Made by a program: the position numbers and the translations under genes. This document shows, one piece after another, positions 1-13,758 of a stretch of DNA of 64,000 nt. Location of the stretch: the NCBI RefSeq assembly GCF_006345805.1, contig NC_043005.1, forward strand, positions 96,534,001-96,598,000. Direction: 5' to 3'. Origin of the DNA: Octopus sinensis (lineage: Eukaryota). The first letter of the stretch is position 1, and every line of letters begins with the position of its first letter. The notes under the pieces are model-generated. The model had not been told where the DNA came from. It saw only the letters and a program-made list of their open reading frames with translations, and did not search any database.

Positions 1-500
1 GGTGGTGGTATTGTGTGGTAATGATAATGTGGTGTTGACATACGGTGGCAGTGGTAATGGTAGCAGATGAGATGATTGCTACGATGGTGGTGGTGGTGAC
101 AGTGGTGGAAGTAGCAATGGTTGCAGGTGTAGTAGTAGTTGCCATAATGGTAGCAGTGATAGTGTCAGTGTTGGTAATAGCTGTATTAAAGGTAGTGATC
201 GTGGCATTTACAATGGTGATAGTAGTGGTAGTGGTAACAGGGAGTGAATAAGACTGTGTCGGTAGTGGTGATGGTGGTGGCGATGGTAGTGGTAGTGTGG
301 TGCCATGGTGGTGACGGTGGGGGTGGTGCTGGAGGTTGTGGTGGTAGTGAGATCCAAGACGACGACAATAACGATAATTAGATGAAGGCATGTTGACGAT
401 AATGATATGATGATAACGTTGTCAATGATGTTAGTGGTGGTGATAATGATGATAATAATCATAGTTTTATGATAATAATTATAATAATTATATGATGATA
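1..500. repeat. Degenerate GGT/GAT/TAA trinucleotide low-complexity tract
   Basis: Direct reading: ggtggtggt, gatgatgat and ataataatt runs. The ORFs here are poly-V/T/H artefacts. Confidence 0.9.
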
Positions 501-799
501 ATAATTATAGTTTTTGTTGTTGTTTAGTCCTAAATGTACGCCAGTGAAGAGTTGCCGGGCAGATATATGGCATGTAGGAGTGGAAGGTCGAACGCATTTG
601 TGAGGGAGCCAGTATAGTTGCTAATTCTGACAGATTCAGTGACAGCTCAGAAGCTTTTTCTTTGGCATGTTTCGTTATTGTTTTTGTGGCTTGTTACTGA
701 TGATATTGATGGTAGCAAGTTCTAATTATGTCAGTTTCTCTTTGGCCAAGATATCTGGCCATCAATATATATATTGATGGTAACTCTCTTCAGACTGTT

Positions 800-2110
800 T
801 CTAGTTTTAAATCAATGTTTACTCAAAGATCACTTCTTTTTTAAGTGTAAGTAGGGGACATGCCAAAGAGCAATAACCCTGCCATGGTGGTGAGGGTTAC
901 TACGTTTTAATACAACGTATTGTTTATCACTGCATGTCGTAGGATATAGTATGGTCCCTAAATGGGCGTTAGTATGGTAATCTGGAACTGTAATCTTGTT
1001 GTACCACCACATGGTCCTTGGATGTTTTTAGAAGGCTCCACTCTGTTGTAGACATTCGGATCACATCTCTGGTTTTGAAAAAACTTCTTCACATCCTCTT
1101 TCTTTGCATGTCCCAAAGAAAGTCATGGACCATTATCCTCCAATTTTTTAATTTTTATTCATTTATTCCGCTCCTTCCCAGTTAGGAAGTAACACTTCGA
1201 TGATACGACGCCATTCAGAGTGGGTTTTTAGAAGCCCTATGCGACATAAATTAAGATTAGTTCACCATTTAGCGAAACACATATTGCGCTCGCTACATAC
1301 TGGAAGCGGATCCCAAAGCACGACTGGATCTGAAGAGCATAACAAACTAGGGAGGCTGCTTAGTTCCATAATAGTAGGTTATAGTCCACTATGTGCTTGT
1401 TCCATGTGAGATTCATTTCTCACCCAAAGGAATCTACACCAGGTATTCTTTGGCCACTTAAGCTTTCACCTCCCAGATGGTGTCCATATTAATGCTACCT
1501 TCATTGTCTTGTTCTAGTCTATACTGAATGTTTGACCACACCATCTGTGCAACATGGTCTTATTTCAACGACCAAAGCATTGCAACTAGCTTTGCAATGC
1601 AGCACCTCATTTGACAATTTGTTGGCCGACTGTATCCGCTGGATAAGTCTGATCAGAGCTGATCTGGGGTTTCAGATAAACAGCATCACAGCAATATGTA
1701 GCATTTCACTATATAATGGTTAGCATCAGTCCAGCTATTAAGATGGTGTAATACTGAGGGTCTCTAGGATAACCAAGAAGACATTGTGGTTGGTATGTGC
1801 AGCACCAATAGTAAGTCGCATTCTGTTCAGAGTTTCCTTCCCTGTTTCCGTTACGGCCACTTGTAGAATCTAAAGGCGTTACAACATGTCAGCGAAAGGG
1901 CTTCCTAGGCGTTTGCTGGAACTGATAGAAATAGTATCAGATCTAGGGACTATGCACGAGATTACATCGTTGGCAAGTCTCTCTCTCAAATCACACCACA
2001 TAGCATTTGCCCTCTGCAAGGCAAGAGCATATTGTATAATGTCATGTAAGCTAACCTGCCGGAAAAGAGGGACAACCACGCCCAGAACGGCTTTGATAGT
2101 ATAAATGGGT
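800..2110 (-). mobile_element. Decayed RTE-clade LINE fragment (AP-endonuclease region and downstream linker)
   Basis: Minus-strand peptide LHDIIQYALALQRANAMWCDLRERLANDVISCIVPRSDTISISSSK resembles RTE/Bov-B endonuclease ...LRRNGVAIIVNKRVRNAVLG...SDRIISIRFQ. Many stops and frameshifts. Confidence 0.55.
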
Positions 2111-2356
2111 TTAAACAACAAAAACAACATTAAAAAAATGACAACAAGGACAACAATGACAAGATCAAACAACAACGACAACGACATCAACAATTGAATA
2201 TTGGTGACTCCAATGCTTGGAGGACTTTATTAATTAGTAGCATATTAATTAGTAGCATATTAAACACTTGTCTTTAGCGTGATTTCATAGTCATTGGTGT
2301 TCAAGTGTTGAATTAATCTCCGATACACGATATGGTGTTTGGCAGTATCAATGTTC

Positions 2357-2379
2357 GCACGCACACACACACACGCACG

Positions 2380-2466
<87 letters not shown>
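2357..2466. repeat. (CA)n microsatellite
   Basis: Direct reading. Confidence 0.98.
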
Positions 2467-2468
<2 letters not shown>

Positions 2469-2984
2469 AGCACTGTAGCACCAACGTTCTTCAATGTGAG
2501 TGAACGCAGACGTGTATGTGTTTCAACTGTGGTATATTCAAATTTTTTTACGTTAATCCTTAGTTAATCACGGTTTTAAACTTTCAGACGATCATTTTCA
2601 TCTTTTTAGGAAAATTTTAGACTTACTCTGGGTTTAATATTACGAACTTCTTTTCAAAATAAAAAAAAAATTGTACTTTGGCGCAATCCAAGAATAATAT
2701 TTTCCCTGTAGTCTGATTCTTCGTGCATTTCTCAAGTAACCAAAGCGCTGTGTACTTTGGGTACCTGTAGCTTTATTTTGTATTGTATTGAAAGTTTTAG
2801 GTTCATCAGGTTGGAGCTCCCACTTTCGGAGATATTTAAACGACAGAGAGTACAAAACCCCGGCTGCGGGGTGGCATGTCTTTCCACCGATAGGCTTGCT
2901 TCCAGCGAACGCCGGAATCCGATTTAGTTTAGTATATTGGAAGGACGTGAAATGAAATACACTGCCGCTGAACAAAATATACTG

Positions 2985-3055
2985 CTTAGTCCTGGAGTCA
3001 AGCCCACAACCTCACGATCGTAAGCAAAACGTTATAACCACTAAACCACGGTGTT
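2985..3055 (-). mobile_element. tRNA-derived SINE head fragment (family B-like)
   Basis: Reverse complement gives ggtttagtggttataacgttttgcttacgatcgtgaggttgtggg, matching the family B head at 18676. Confidence 0.6.
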
Positions 3056-3132
3056 TCACTTTGTTGAAAGTATATAATATGTATGCAATGTCTATCATTG
3101 CGATTTTCTGCATGTTATATAATATATATATA

Positions 3133-3305
3133 TCTTTACTTTTTACAAGGGGATAAACATAGAGGGGAGAAACAAGGACACCCAAAGAGATTAAGTCGAT
3201 TACATCGACCCCAGTACGAAACTGGGACTTTATTTATCGACCCTGAAAGGATGAAAGGCAAAGTCGATCTCGGTGGGATTTGAACTGAGAACGTAACGAC
3301 AGACG

Positions 3306-3309
<4 letters not shown>
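3133..3309 (-). mobile_element. SINE family A, 5'-truncated
   Basis: Matches the reverse complement of the family A body (gaggtcgactttgcctttcatcctttcggggtcgataaa...taatcgacttaatc). Confidence 0.85.
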
Positions 3310-3339
<30 letters not shown>

Positions 3340-3439
3340 NNNNNNNNNNNNNNNNNNNNNNNNNNNNNNNNNNNNNNNNNNNNNNNNNNNNNNNNNNNNN
3401 NNNNNNNNNNNNNNNNNNNNNNNNNNNNNNNNNNNNNNN
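3340..3439. other. Assembly gap (100 N) within (TA)n
   Basis: Run of 100 n flanked by TA repeats. Confidence 0.99.
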
Positions 3440-3587
3440 TATATATATATATCTATTTATGTATGTATGGTATCTGTCTCAGGGACAGTGAAGAAAAGAG
3501 GGAATTGGTTCTGTATGTTAAATCAGGCCCCATCACATGATATCGTGTGTTGTTTACGTACATGCATGGACTTATGTGAGAGTGTGA

Positions 3588-3644
<57 letters not shown>

Positions 3645-3795
3645 TGTGTATTTGCGTGTGTGAATCGTACAGTAAAAAAGGGAACCAGCGTAATATTTAT
3701 AGTTATACTTAGATATACTTCATATCTTGCATCGAGGATTTTTCCCTTGTTATTTATAAACAACATACGCACGGGTATGAATACACACAGAGACA

Positions 3796-3875
<80 letters not shown>

Positions 3876-4263
3876 TACACACACGTACGCACACACACAA
3901 ACACATACACACACGTACGCACACACACAAATACATACACGCACGCACACGTTCATATATAAGTTTATACGTAAGCATGAACACACTCACACACACACAG
4001 ACTGCACACCACAGATATACAGTTGCTATTGCGTATATTCACACACATACACACACACACACAGACACACACACACGCACACACACACATACATACAAAC
4101 ACACACACAGGTATACGTGCGTATATTCATTGTGGCAATTCAAAATGACCAGCGTCAGTTTTGCGACTTCACTCCATGAATCCTAAATATTTCATCGAAC
4201 TCAGTTGCATATCGAACATAATATTCACATACATTCACGCACACACACTCGCATACACACACA

Positions 4264-4312
<49 letters not shown>

Positions 4313-4340
4313 CACACACACATATATATATATATATATA

Positions 4341-4630
4341 TGCACGGACGTACCTATGCATGTATGTATATACATAAACACGTTCAGATATTGCAAACAC
4401 GGAAGTAGTTGATGGTAAATGACCATTGGTTGGCATTAAGTAGGCTGTTTCTCAGAGTACTAAGTGTCTCTTGTGCAGGACAATAGACACCCATTCACAA
4501 GAGACACTTAGTACTCTGAGAAACAGCCTACTTAATGCCAAACAATGGTCATTTACCATCAACTACTTCCGTGTTTGCAATATCTGAACGTGTTTATGTA
4601 TATACATACATGCATAGGTACGTCCGTGCA
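4341..4630. repeat. 135-bp inverted repeat (1 mismatch, 20-nt spacer)
   Basis: Arms 4341-4475 and 4496-4630 are reverse complements, checked by eye. Confidence 0.95.
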
Positions 4631-6715
4631 AACCCTGCTCTCATATTCAAACTTCGTCTGTAGCACACTTATTGTGCATTTAAAGCAAATTGATGCGGTA
4701 ATTTACACACACAATATCGCCCACTCGATGCCTCAAATCACGATGGGACATTTGAAGAAAGCCTTTCAATGATTAAAGAATTTCCAACAAAACTAGACCA
4801 AAGTGTTAATGTACTTCTGATTGGTGACTTCACCTCTCCAAGATCAGATGGCCTGGAGGCGACATAATTTCAGGCATGACAGACAAATTGCACAGTCAAG
4901 CAGAATCTTTACTTGATCTTTCAAAAATGCTGTTCAGGAAGCAAATCATACTCTTCCCAACCAGGAAAGATAACGATGAGATTTCTGTTTCACCAACAAC
5001 GTGGATTTTATTCACTATGTGACGATATCACCAAAAATCTTCTCAGACCACAACATGATAGAACTGACGATATATGTTCCAAAACCTATTGGCACCCAGA
5101 TTCTATCCAGACTGAACTTCTACAAGGCTGAACTAGAAGTCAATTGAAAAACGGATTATCCAATAACGTCTCTCTATACAAGACATCGATATGAGTTCAT
5201 GTTAGTAATGCGAACCATATGCATTTAATATCTCACAAGTAAGAGAGTGACTAAATACAAAAAGACCATTCCTCGAGAGAATAATTTCAAAGTTCTTCAT
5301 CTCTCCATTGGGAAATATAGAAATAAGCAAGCCTGAAGAGTTTTTCAGCACTAAAGGTCTACATGAGAAAAAGGCAACTCTCGATTACATCAACATAAAA
5401 GCGGAAGATGATATATTAGCCATTGATGAGATGAAATCGAACACAGCAACGGGCCCAGTTAGATTTCCGGCTGTTCTTTTAAAGGCATGCAAGAACCGAA
5501 CCACTGCGATACTTTTCCAGAGTTTCCTTGCTTATGGTAAACTTCCCAAACTGTTAAAAGAAAGTATCATATGCCCTGTCCATAAAGAAGGAAGCAGGGT
5601 GGATGCTAAAAATTACAGGTCTATCTCTCTGACTTCATACGTTAGTAAGGTCAAGGAACGCATTATAAGAAGGAGGCTGATCACGTTCCTGGATGAGAAT
5701 GACTTGCTCACAAACACACCACATTGCTTTCGTTCGGGGAGGAGCTGCCTCACACAGCTACTATAACATTATGACTGGATACTGAAACAGCATCTCAACC
5801 ACTTTTACAAAAGGCATTTGAAAAAATGGATCATGAGATGATATGTCAAACTGCGTGGCCTTGATATCATTGCAAACATTGGGAGAGTGGCTGCATGACT
5901 TCCTAAAAGACAGAAAACAGCCAATGATGCTCTCTCTGGGGAAAAAGTAACCCTCAGCGGAATCCCTCAAGGAATTGTGCTCGGACCACTACTGCTTGTG
6001 GTGGCTCTCTCAGACATGCCTTCTGTCGTTAAGTCAGCCATTATCATTAGCTATGCTGATGATACAAAAGTACCACAGGTGGTCAAGGACCCCAAAAACT
6101 TCAAAACGACCTACAAAAAAACTGATGAAAAGGACATGAAGTTCAATGCTGAGAAGTTTCAAGGGCTCCACTGTCGGCTCACAGACTACAATCGGAATAC
6201 GTATGGCCAGGTGGGGTAGTGCAATCTCAAAGTTAGAATCGGTGCACGAGCTGGGAATCCACAGGAGAAATGATGCAACATTTCATGTAAATGTTACCAA
6301 GATGGCAACACTGTGCAGGCGAGTAGCTGGAATGATTCTGAGGTCATTTAGAACCATAAACAAGGATTCTATGCAACTCCTATGGAGAACGTTCGATCTG
6401 ATTCGTTCGTAATCCTCTTCCCAACTATGGTCGCCACAGATCGTAAAACTGGTGGCGGAACTTGATGTAATCCGGCACTACTACACAAAGGAGATTGATT
6501 GCTTGAAACTGATGAGTTACTGAAAAGGCTAAAAGAACTGAAGCTCTACCCCCTAGAGTCGTGTGAAGGATATGCAGTAATATAAATATGGAAGACCCTG
6601 GAAGGTCTAGCTTCCAACTTTAGAAATGTAAGTTATACCAAACACCAAACTGGACAACACTGAATAATGCCAAAGATCACATCTTCTCCATCACGAATAA
6701 GGACCTAGTACTGGG
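4631..6715 (+). mobile_element. 5'-truncated CR1/L2-like LINE ORF2 fossil (endonuclease + reverse transcriptase)
   Basis: Endonuclease motifs YRPLD and VLLIGDFT. RT motifs PVHKEGSRVDAKNYRSISLTS, HCFRSGRSCLTQLL, SGIPQGIVLGPLL and SYADDTK. Multiple stops and frameshifts. Confidence 0.92.
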
Positions 6716-6719
6716 GTTG

Positions 6720-6785
6720 TTTTGTTCGACTAAAGGTGGTGCTCCAGCATGGCCGCAGTCAAATGACTGCAACAAATAAAAGAAT
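6720..6785 (+). mobile_element. SINE family C 3' tail fragment
   Basis: ttcgactaaaggtggtgctccagcatggccgcagtcaaatgactgcaacaaataaaagaata matches the tail at 20265-20325. Confidence 0.8.
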
Positions 6786-6962
6786 ATATGTATATATGTA
6801 TATATGGATGGTTGGAGAGGTAAAGATACATAGCCATTAATATATATATTATCTATCTGTCTCTTACGCTCTGTGTTATCCCCTCTTTCTCTCTCTGTCT
6901 CTCTTCTCTCTCTGTCTCTGTCTCGTCTCTCTCTCTCTCTCTCATCTATCTATCTATATATA

Positions 6963-7020
<58 letters not shown>

Positions 7021-7989
7021 AGAGAGAGAGAGTGTATGCAGTAGCAAAGAAATTATCTTGTCAACTATAAATACATGACTATACACGCTATCTCGCTATT
7101 CACAAGATTTACATTTCTCTTAATGATTACACGGAACGTCCATTTTTCTCTTCAGCCTCACATGTAGGTTAATCATCCTCTTCAAACGCGAATTGCGAAA
7201 TGAGAGTTAATCAAACCCTCCAAATGCAAACTCGACGTCTACAGCAATGAACTTGCTTCGCTGCTCTCATTGACTGACTGCATTGAAGAGAAAGCATTCT
7301 GCAGACTAACCTAATTTGACATTGTGAACCTTTATCTAACTTTCTATAAATTTCTTCTGGTGAAAATTGACGATAATTAGCAATCTAGACACAACGAACT
7401 TAATGCTAGAGTACAATAATTCTTACTTGGAAAAAAAGAAGTGACATTTTGTTTGACGTCTCTATGGAGATATATGATACAGGTGAGGTAGCGAATCTAG
7501 TGGGTTTGTTTATTCTCGATATGTTCAGAATGTGCATGCACACAGCTTTGGAAAACACAAAGACGATGGCTTAGCACACTCACATAATAGGATTGACTAA
7601 TTAAGAGAGAATTTAATTGGAATTTGTAAAACGTTTGACCTTAATATATTTTTCAGCATTACTTTAATAATAATTATCTACCAAGATATAACACTAGATT
7701 TAAACAGAAACGAAAAACCGAAGGGAGAAACCCGTATGTGTGCATGTTTGTGTTTGTGTGTATGTGTGTGTGAGTGTGTGAGTGTGTGTGCATATGTGTG
7801 TTTGTGTGTGTGCGACTGTCTGTCTGTGTCTGTGTGTGCACATGACGAGCTTCTGGATAAATTCTTTCTTTCCAATTTCATTTCCGCTATAGTGGTTAAC
7901 CTTTACATATAACCCTTATATATAACTGAAGACACTTGTGCCGTACTTTAGAATCGAAATTCTTATGTACACAGCTATGCTTGTACCCG

Positions 7990-8330
7990 TGGTCGTGTCT
8001 ACTTCTCAGTAGCAGGCCTGTTCAACTGCAAGCGTGGTCACGAAGACATCCCCGCCTACCCATGTGATATCCAGCAAGATCTGTCGTGCACCTTGTGTAG
8101 CAGAGTGTGTGGGTCGACCAGTGGACTTACTTGGCATTGTAAGTCCTCAACATCCGGATGGTTGGGCTGCTACTTGTGAGTTGGGTGGGGAGACCTGTAA
8201 GTCCCTTACAAGCTTTGAGAGCCATGTGAAACGTCACCAGTGATGGCGAGGCCAAACGCGAGGTGTTTCCTACACTGAAATGGGCCAAGGAAGAGGTCTT
8301 GCTCTGTAACGAGTCGACTTGCACCATGTC
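7990..8330 (+). mobile_element. Probable RTE-type LINE 3' end with two decayed C2H2-like fingers
   Basis: Peptides SCTLCSRVCGSTSGLTWH and TCELGGETCKSLTSFESHVKRH lie in different frames and are followed by a short UTR and simple repeat. Confidence 0.45.
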
Positions 8331-8877
8331 TGTCTGTCTGGATGTATGCATGTATATATATATGTATGTATGTATGCGTGTATGCACATATATGGCTGTA
8401 TGTATAGTACATACGCACTTACCATATATATATAGTATGCGTATGCACTTGATGTTTACCTCTACGTTCCTTCTTTTCTTTATGTGTTGTGTGTGTGCAC
8501 GCGCGCGAGCAGGTCTGTGTGCGTAAATATGCGCATAAGTGAGGGCGCATGCTTGCCTCATATACCCCGCTGTCTGTCTGACTGTCTGTCTCTCTATTTA
8601 TCTATATCTATCTATCTTTCTGGAAATGAGTGAGTCAATGTATCTATATATGTACGTTTGTGAGTGTGTGTACGTGTGTGTATTTAGCAACTATATATCT
8701 TCGTTTCCCCCCATCTCTATGAGTGTGTATTTACCTTTCAATTTCTCATTACATCAATCTATATATATATATATATATGCATGCATGCACGGACATGCAC
8801 TGGCGTATCCATGTAGATGTCGTTGTTTGAGTACGCGGGGTAAAGCTAATGAGACGATGATACATTGGCATACATAA

Positions 8878-9090
8878 CGCGGCGACCAGGCGGAATCGTT
8901 ACCACGCCGGGCGGAAACCATAGCAACATTTTCTCCATCTTTACGTTCTGAGTTGAAATTCCGCCGAGGCCGACTTTGCTATTCATCCTTTCGGGAACGA
9001 TAAAATAAATATCAATCAAGCACTACGGTCAATGTAATTAATTTACTCTCAACCACCGAAATTGCTGGCCTTGTGCTGAAATCTGAAACC
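8878..9090 (+). mobile_element. SINE family A (diverged; cccctccc...tttgaaacc-type tail)
   Basis: Head ggcgaccaggcggaatcgttaccacgccgggc, B-box gttctgagttgaaattcc, central domain present. Confidence 0.8.
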
Positions 9091-9899
9091 ACTATATTAG
9101 CGTATATAGAGGAAGAATGCTAAGTGGTATTGTAATACATACGCACACACACACAAAGACGTGCAACCACGCATGTGCGTACGTGCGTACGTGAGTGTGT
9201 ATATATGTGTGTGTGTGTGTGTGTGTGCGTGCGTGCGTATGTGTGTGTGTGTGATATTTGATATTTGTAGACAGAGATCAATAGGTGTGAATAAATTATT
9301 GTCTTTGACAACACAAGGACAATATATGTCAGGCGTGACTTTTAAACGCAATGCTATATACAGCGTTATTCACGTGCAGGGATGTCTTTAAAGCGTATAC
9401 ACTATATCTCACAAAGACACATGTGTATATGCGTCCGTGGACACTCACATACATACATGCATACAAGCATACATATACCACATTTAGTTTATGATTATTA
9501 TATACATACAAGACTATATTTTAGTGTATACTGTTGACACAATACTATTATTATTAATATGTATGTGTGTGTTTGCGGGTGTATATGTATGTACATACAT
9601 ACATACATACATACATACATACATACATACATACATACATACATACATACATAGATACATACATACATACATACATACACGCATACACACACATATATAT
9701 AAATACACACACACACACAATAGCTGCTAATCCATGTAATAGTATAGAAATAAAACAAGTTAGAAATGTCCAGTGTGTATAAGAAGATTTTTTTTAACAT
9801 TAACAGAAATGTACCTAACCTAACTGGTTTCATATCCGCAATTTTTTCATTAGCGTAAATTTTGAGGGTTATGGAACTGTGTCGCACAGTGTAGACATT

Positions 9900-9988
<89 letters not shown>

Positions 9989-10059
9989 TCGTGTGTGTGT
10001 GTAGAAATATTCTACAGTGCAGCATTTCAAATATAAATTTGAGAGCGCTAGGATTAAAT

Positions 10060-10460
10060 ACGTACGCGATCGAGCGCCATACTTTTATTAATTAATTAAT
10101 TAGTTTTACCCTTTTATTAATAATATTGAAATTATAATTTACTCCCTGATCGAAACCTGCAGTTTCTGCGGGATTGCTCGTAACATACGCTTGGGTATTA
10201 AGGATAAATATGTGTTCACATTCAGCTGTATATTTTTGGAAGTATTGGTTGAATATCAGTTATGCGATGGCGCTCGACCGCTAATTATAATTATATCTAT
10301 AATTATAGAATATTTGTATAGTTTTACTTTAAAAAAGTTGTTTTAATATACCGATCTACTTGGTAAAATTATTAATTATTAATTAATTAATTGATTATTT
10401 AATTAATTGATTAATTAATTTTACCCTTTTATTATTGATGTTAAAATTATATATGTATGT
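10060..10460. mobile_element. Unclassified AT-rich element with both inverted and direct internal repeats
   Basis: gcgatcgagcgccat (10066-10080) vs atggcgctcgaccgc (10267-10281). The motif ttaattaatt..ttttacccttttatta occurs near 10090 and 10412. Confidence 0.5.
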
Positions 10461-10499
10461 AAGTATGTATGTATGTATGTATGTATGTATGTATGTATG

Positions 10500-10860
10500 T
10501 GGCTTTTATCTTTTACTTGTTTTTGCCAGTGATTGGATTGAAGCTATATAGATGCACTGCCTTGAAGTGGTTTTTTGTCAAATAGTCGTTATTTTAAATC
10601 TGGTACATATTCTATCAGTTAATTTTGTCGGACCGCAAAGTTAAACAGACATGAACCAAAGGATAATGTTTGTCAAGCGTTGAGGGAAAAGCAAAGGTAA
10701 ATCAAGGATACACGCACACATATACATACGACAGGTTTCCACACAATATCCAAGACATTAATCGGTCCGGGACAATTATAGAAAACTCTTGCCCAAGGAG
10801 CCGTGCAGTGGGACTGAACCCCAAACAACGTGGTTATAAAGCACAGTTTCCGTCTGAAGA
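10500..10860 (-). mobile_element. Degenerate CORE-type SINE (family C-like)
   Basis: ctcttgcccaaggagccgtgcagtgggactgaacccc (head/CORE, reversed) plus tail ttttacttgtttttgccagtg. Confidence 0.6.
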
Positions 10861-11542
10861 ACAGACAGATAAATTATAGTATCGGATAGAATGCCTTGTA
10901 GTACTTACTTCTAAAAGTTGTGCTCTGACTTCAGTCTAAAGTATTGTGTTGACAGGATTGTTAGTGAAACGGGCGGTGTGTCTGGAGTTTTGCATTGTGA
11001 TCAAACCGCCAGCCTCGTCAATGATGCCAAGCTACATTGTTTTTTGCCGTTTCCACAACATCGGTGTGTGGAAAAGAGAAATTACAGACACTCGCGCGTG
11101 TGTGTGAATCAAGACACACACACACACACGTATAGAGAAATATCTTGTCTAAGCCTACTCCACAGAGAAGCACTTTCCAGGCACCTTCCATGAACTAGGC
11201 AGCAGGATAACTTTCCAGAGATCAGTCTAGACTACTCCCTTGTCGTCTTTCTGAAGCGATCTCTGTATATTGTTGGTGCAGAAACCCGTCGAGTGGATTT
11301 CATCCGTATATCAAATATTGTAATTGTCACACACTCTGCCACGCTGATTGTGATTGGAGATTGCATTAAGGGTTTAATGATATGGGTAATACTCAGCGCA
11401 TACACTAAATCGTTTACTATTTCAGTTGATCAACGGAATTCTCATCGCCGAATCCGACGAAGATCCATTTAATTTATTGCTGTTCTTTTTATTTACGTCT
11501 CTTCTCAAATGTTTAACGCTTAACGCCGCTGTAGAATGTATA

Positions 11543-11575
<33 letters not shown>

Positions 11576-11717
11576 GTATATGATTATGTATGCATGGCTA
11601 CATGTATGTATACGTATATACACATATATTTGTCCCACCCAAGGGGAATCGATGCTAGATGTGTCGAAATAATTGTGATAAATAGGTTCTCGTATTTTCC
11701 ATCTTTCGCCTTTCATT

Positions 11718-11760
<43 letters not shown>

Positions 11761-12341
11761 CATGTCATATACATCTTACATATATATATATGTGTGCCTA
11801 TACATATATATGTACGTGTGTGTATATGTATATACGTATATTTTTGTATATATATATATATAAGCATATACATATATAATTATATGTACATACATGTCAT
11901 ATATATCCTACATATGTATATGTGTGCCTATATTTATAAGCATATATGTATGTGTATGTACGTATATGTGCACGTGTAAGGAAGTGTATGCATATATTCT
12001 ATCAATTTATCAGTTATTGATTCAAGCAAATAAATCTCAGTGTGTCTGCCAGCAAGTGAAACCAGATGTTTTTGCATGTGTACGTGTGTACGTTGATTTC
12101 TGTTCATATATAATTAAGCATCGTGTTTCTCTTCTGGTTCTGTTTCATATTCCCATCAGTAATTTTTCAAATTTCTGTATTGTAATCACGTAACATTAAC
12201 AGTATTTCTTTCAGAAGATTTTTAGAATTTATATTTATGCGGTATCTCTGGCTTGATAAGTCATTTGTTAGCACGAAACTCTAGAGCATTGAGTAACTCT
12301 CAGATAATGAAACATTGTGTGTGCGTGCGTGTGTGTGTGTG

Positions 12342-12387
<46 letters not shown>

Positions 12388-12815
12388 ACGCTTAACATGA
12401 CAAGGTATTTCAGTTAACTATAACAATGTATTATTTTTACTTAATTAATCCAGCATAAATAGTTTCAAAAGGAGGAGAATCTACCCAGGGTTTGATTCCT
12501 GTTTCGGTGTTTTCAAATATTTTTGCCGTTACAAATTTTTCTCTGTTTTCAGTCTACACTCTGTATTGACGAAAAATGTTGATCAATTGATCTTATTGCT
12601 GTTATTGTTTCTTTGTTTGCAATTATTTCCAAGCACTTTTGTCTCCACAGATTTTTCCCTATCTTCAGTTCACATTCCCCCTATATTGACCCCAACAATT
12701 TGATCAACTGATCTGATTGGAGTTATTTCTCTTGTTTGTTATTATTTTAGGTTATTAAAATACCGTGAGAAAGATTTTGTTCACTAATTGCTTGAATAAT
12801 ATTAAGTAAATCTTA

Positions 12816-13047
12816 GGGCGGCGAGCTGGCAGAAACGTTAGCACGCCGGGTGAAATGCGTAGCCGTATTTCGTCTGCCGTTACGTTCTCAGTTCAAATTC
12901 TGCCGAGGTCGACTTTGCCTTTCATCCTATCGGGGTCGATTAAATAAGTACCAGTTGCACACTGGGGTCGATGTGATCGACTTAATCTATTTGTCTGTCC
13001 TTGTTTGTTCCCTCTGTGTTTAGCTCCTTGTGGGTAGTAAAGAAATA
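12816..13047 (+). mobile_element. SINE family A, full length
   Basis: ggcggcgagctggcagaaacgttagcacgccggg...gttcaaattc...gtgggtagtaaagaaata, with pol III A/B-box-like motifs. Confidence 0.92.
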
Positions 13048-13081
13048 GGTATATCATCTGTCTTTACGTTCAGGGTTCAAA

Positions 13082-13758
13082 CCCCTTTTAGGATAGACTT
13101 GTGACTGGTGACGAAAAATGGATCTTCTATCGAAATGTTAAATGTCGTAAACAGTGGTTTGGCAAAAGGGAAAAAAACTCAACCACAACCGAGAAGGGAA
13201 CTTCATGGAAAAAAGGTTCTTCACTCTATCTGGTTAGATTGCAAAGGAGTAATTCACTTTGAATTGTTGCCACCTAATGCAACAATCAATGCTCAAGTCT
13301 ACTGTCAGCAATTAGAGCATTTGAACCAAGCTTTGAAGAAAAAAAGACCAGCTTTAGTGAATCGAAAAGGAGTGATGTTTCACCAGGACAATGCGTGACC
13401 CCACACTGCAAAAATCACATCACAGAAGATCGAAGAGCTTGTTTGGGAAAAAAATCTTCATCCACCTTATTTTCCCGACCTTGCTCCTTCAGACTACCAT
13501 TTGTTTCGTAGTTTATAGAATCATTTAGGGGACATAACTTTCGCAAGCCAGGAGGAGGTCAAAACTGACAGTTCAGAGTTCTTCACTTTGAAACCGAAAG
13601 AGTCTCACATTGAAGGGATTAAAAAGCTTGTAAATAGATGGAAGGAAGTCATAGATAATCAGGGAAAGTACATTGATGATTAAATTTCAATTAAATATAA
13701 CATTTGATCACTTGTTTTCTTTATTCAAAATTCGGACAGAACTTATGGGATGACCTGG
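13082..13758 (+). mobile_element. Mariner (DD34D) transposase fossil, C-terminal half plus 3' TIR
   Basis: PF*DRLVTGDEKWIFY, LHGKKVLHSIWLDCKGVIHFELL, HQDNA*PHTA, HPPYFPDLAPSDYHLF and RWKEVIDNQGKYIDD*. Ends ...gaacttatgggatgacctgg followed by TA. Confidence 0.93.

Noticed and set aside
10900-11500. Trace of an ancient minus-strand mariner (HNA..HTARFT-like)
   Set aside because: Only one frameshifted motif; too weak to support.
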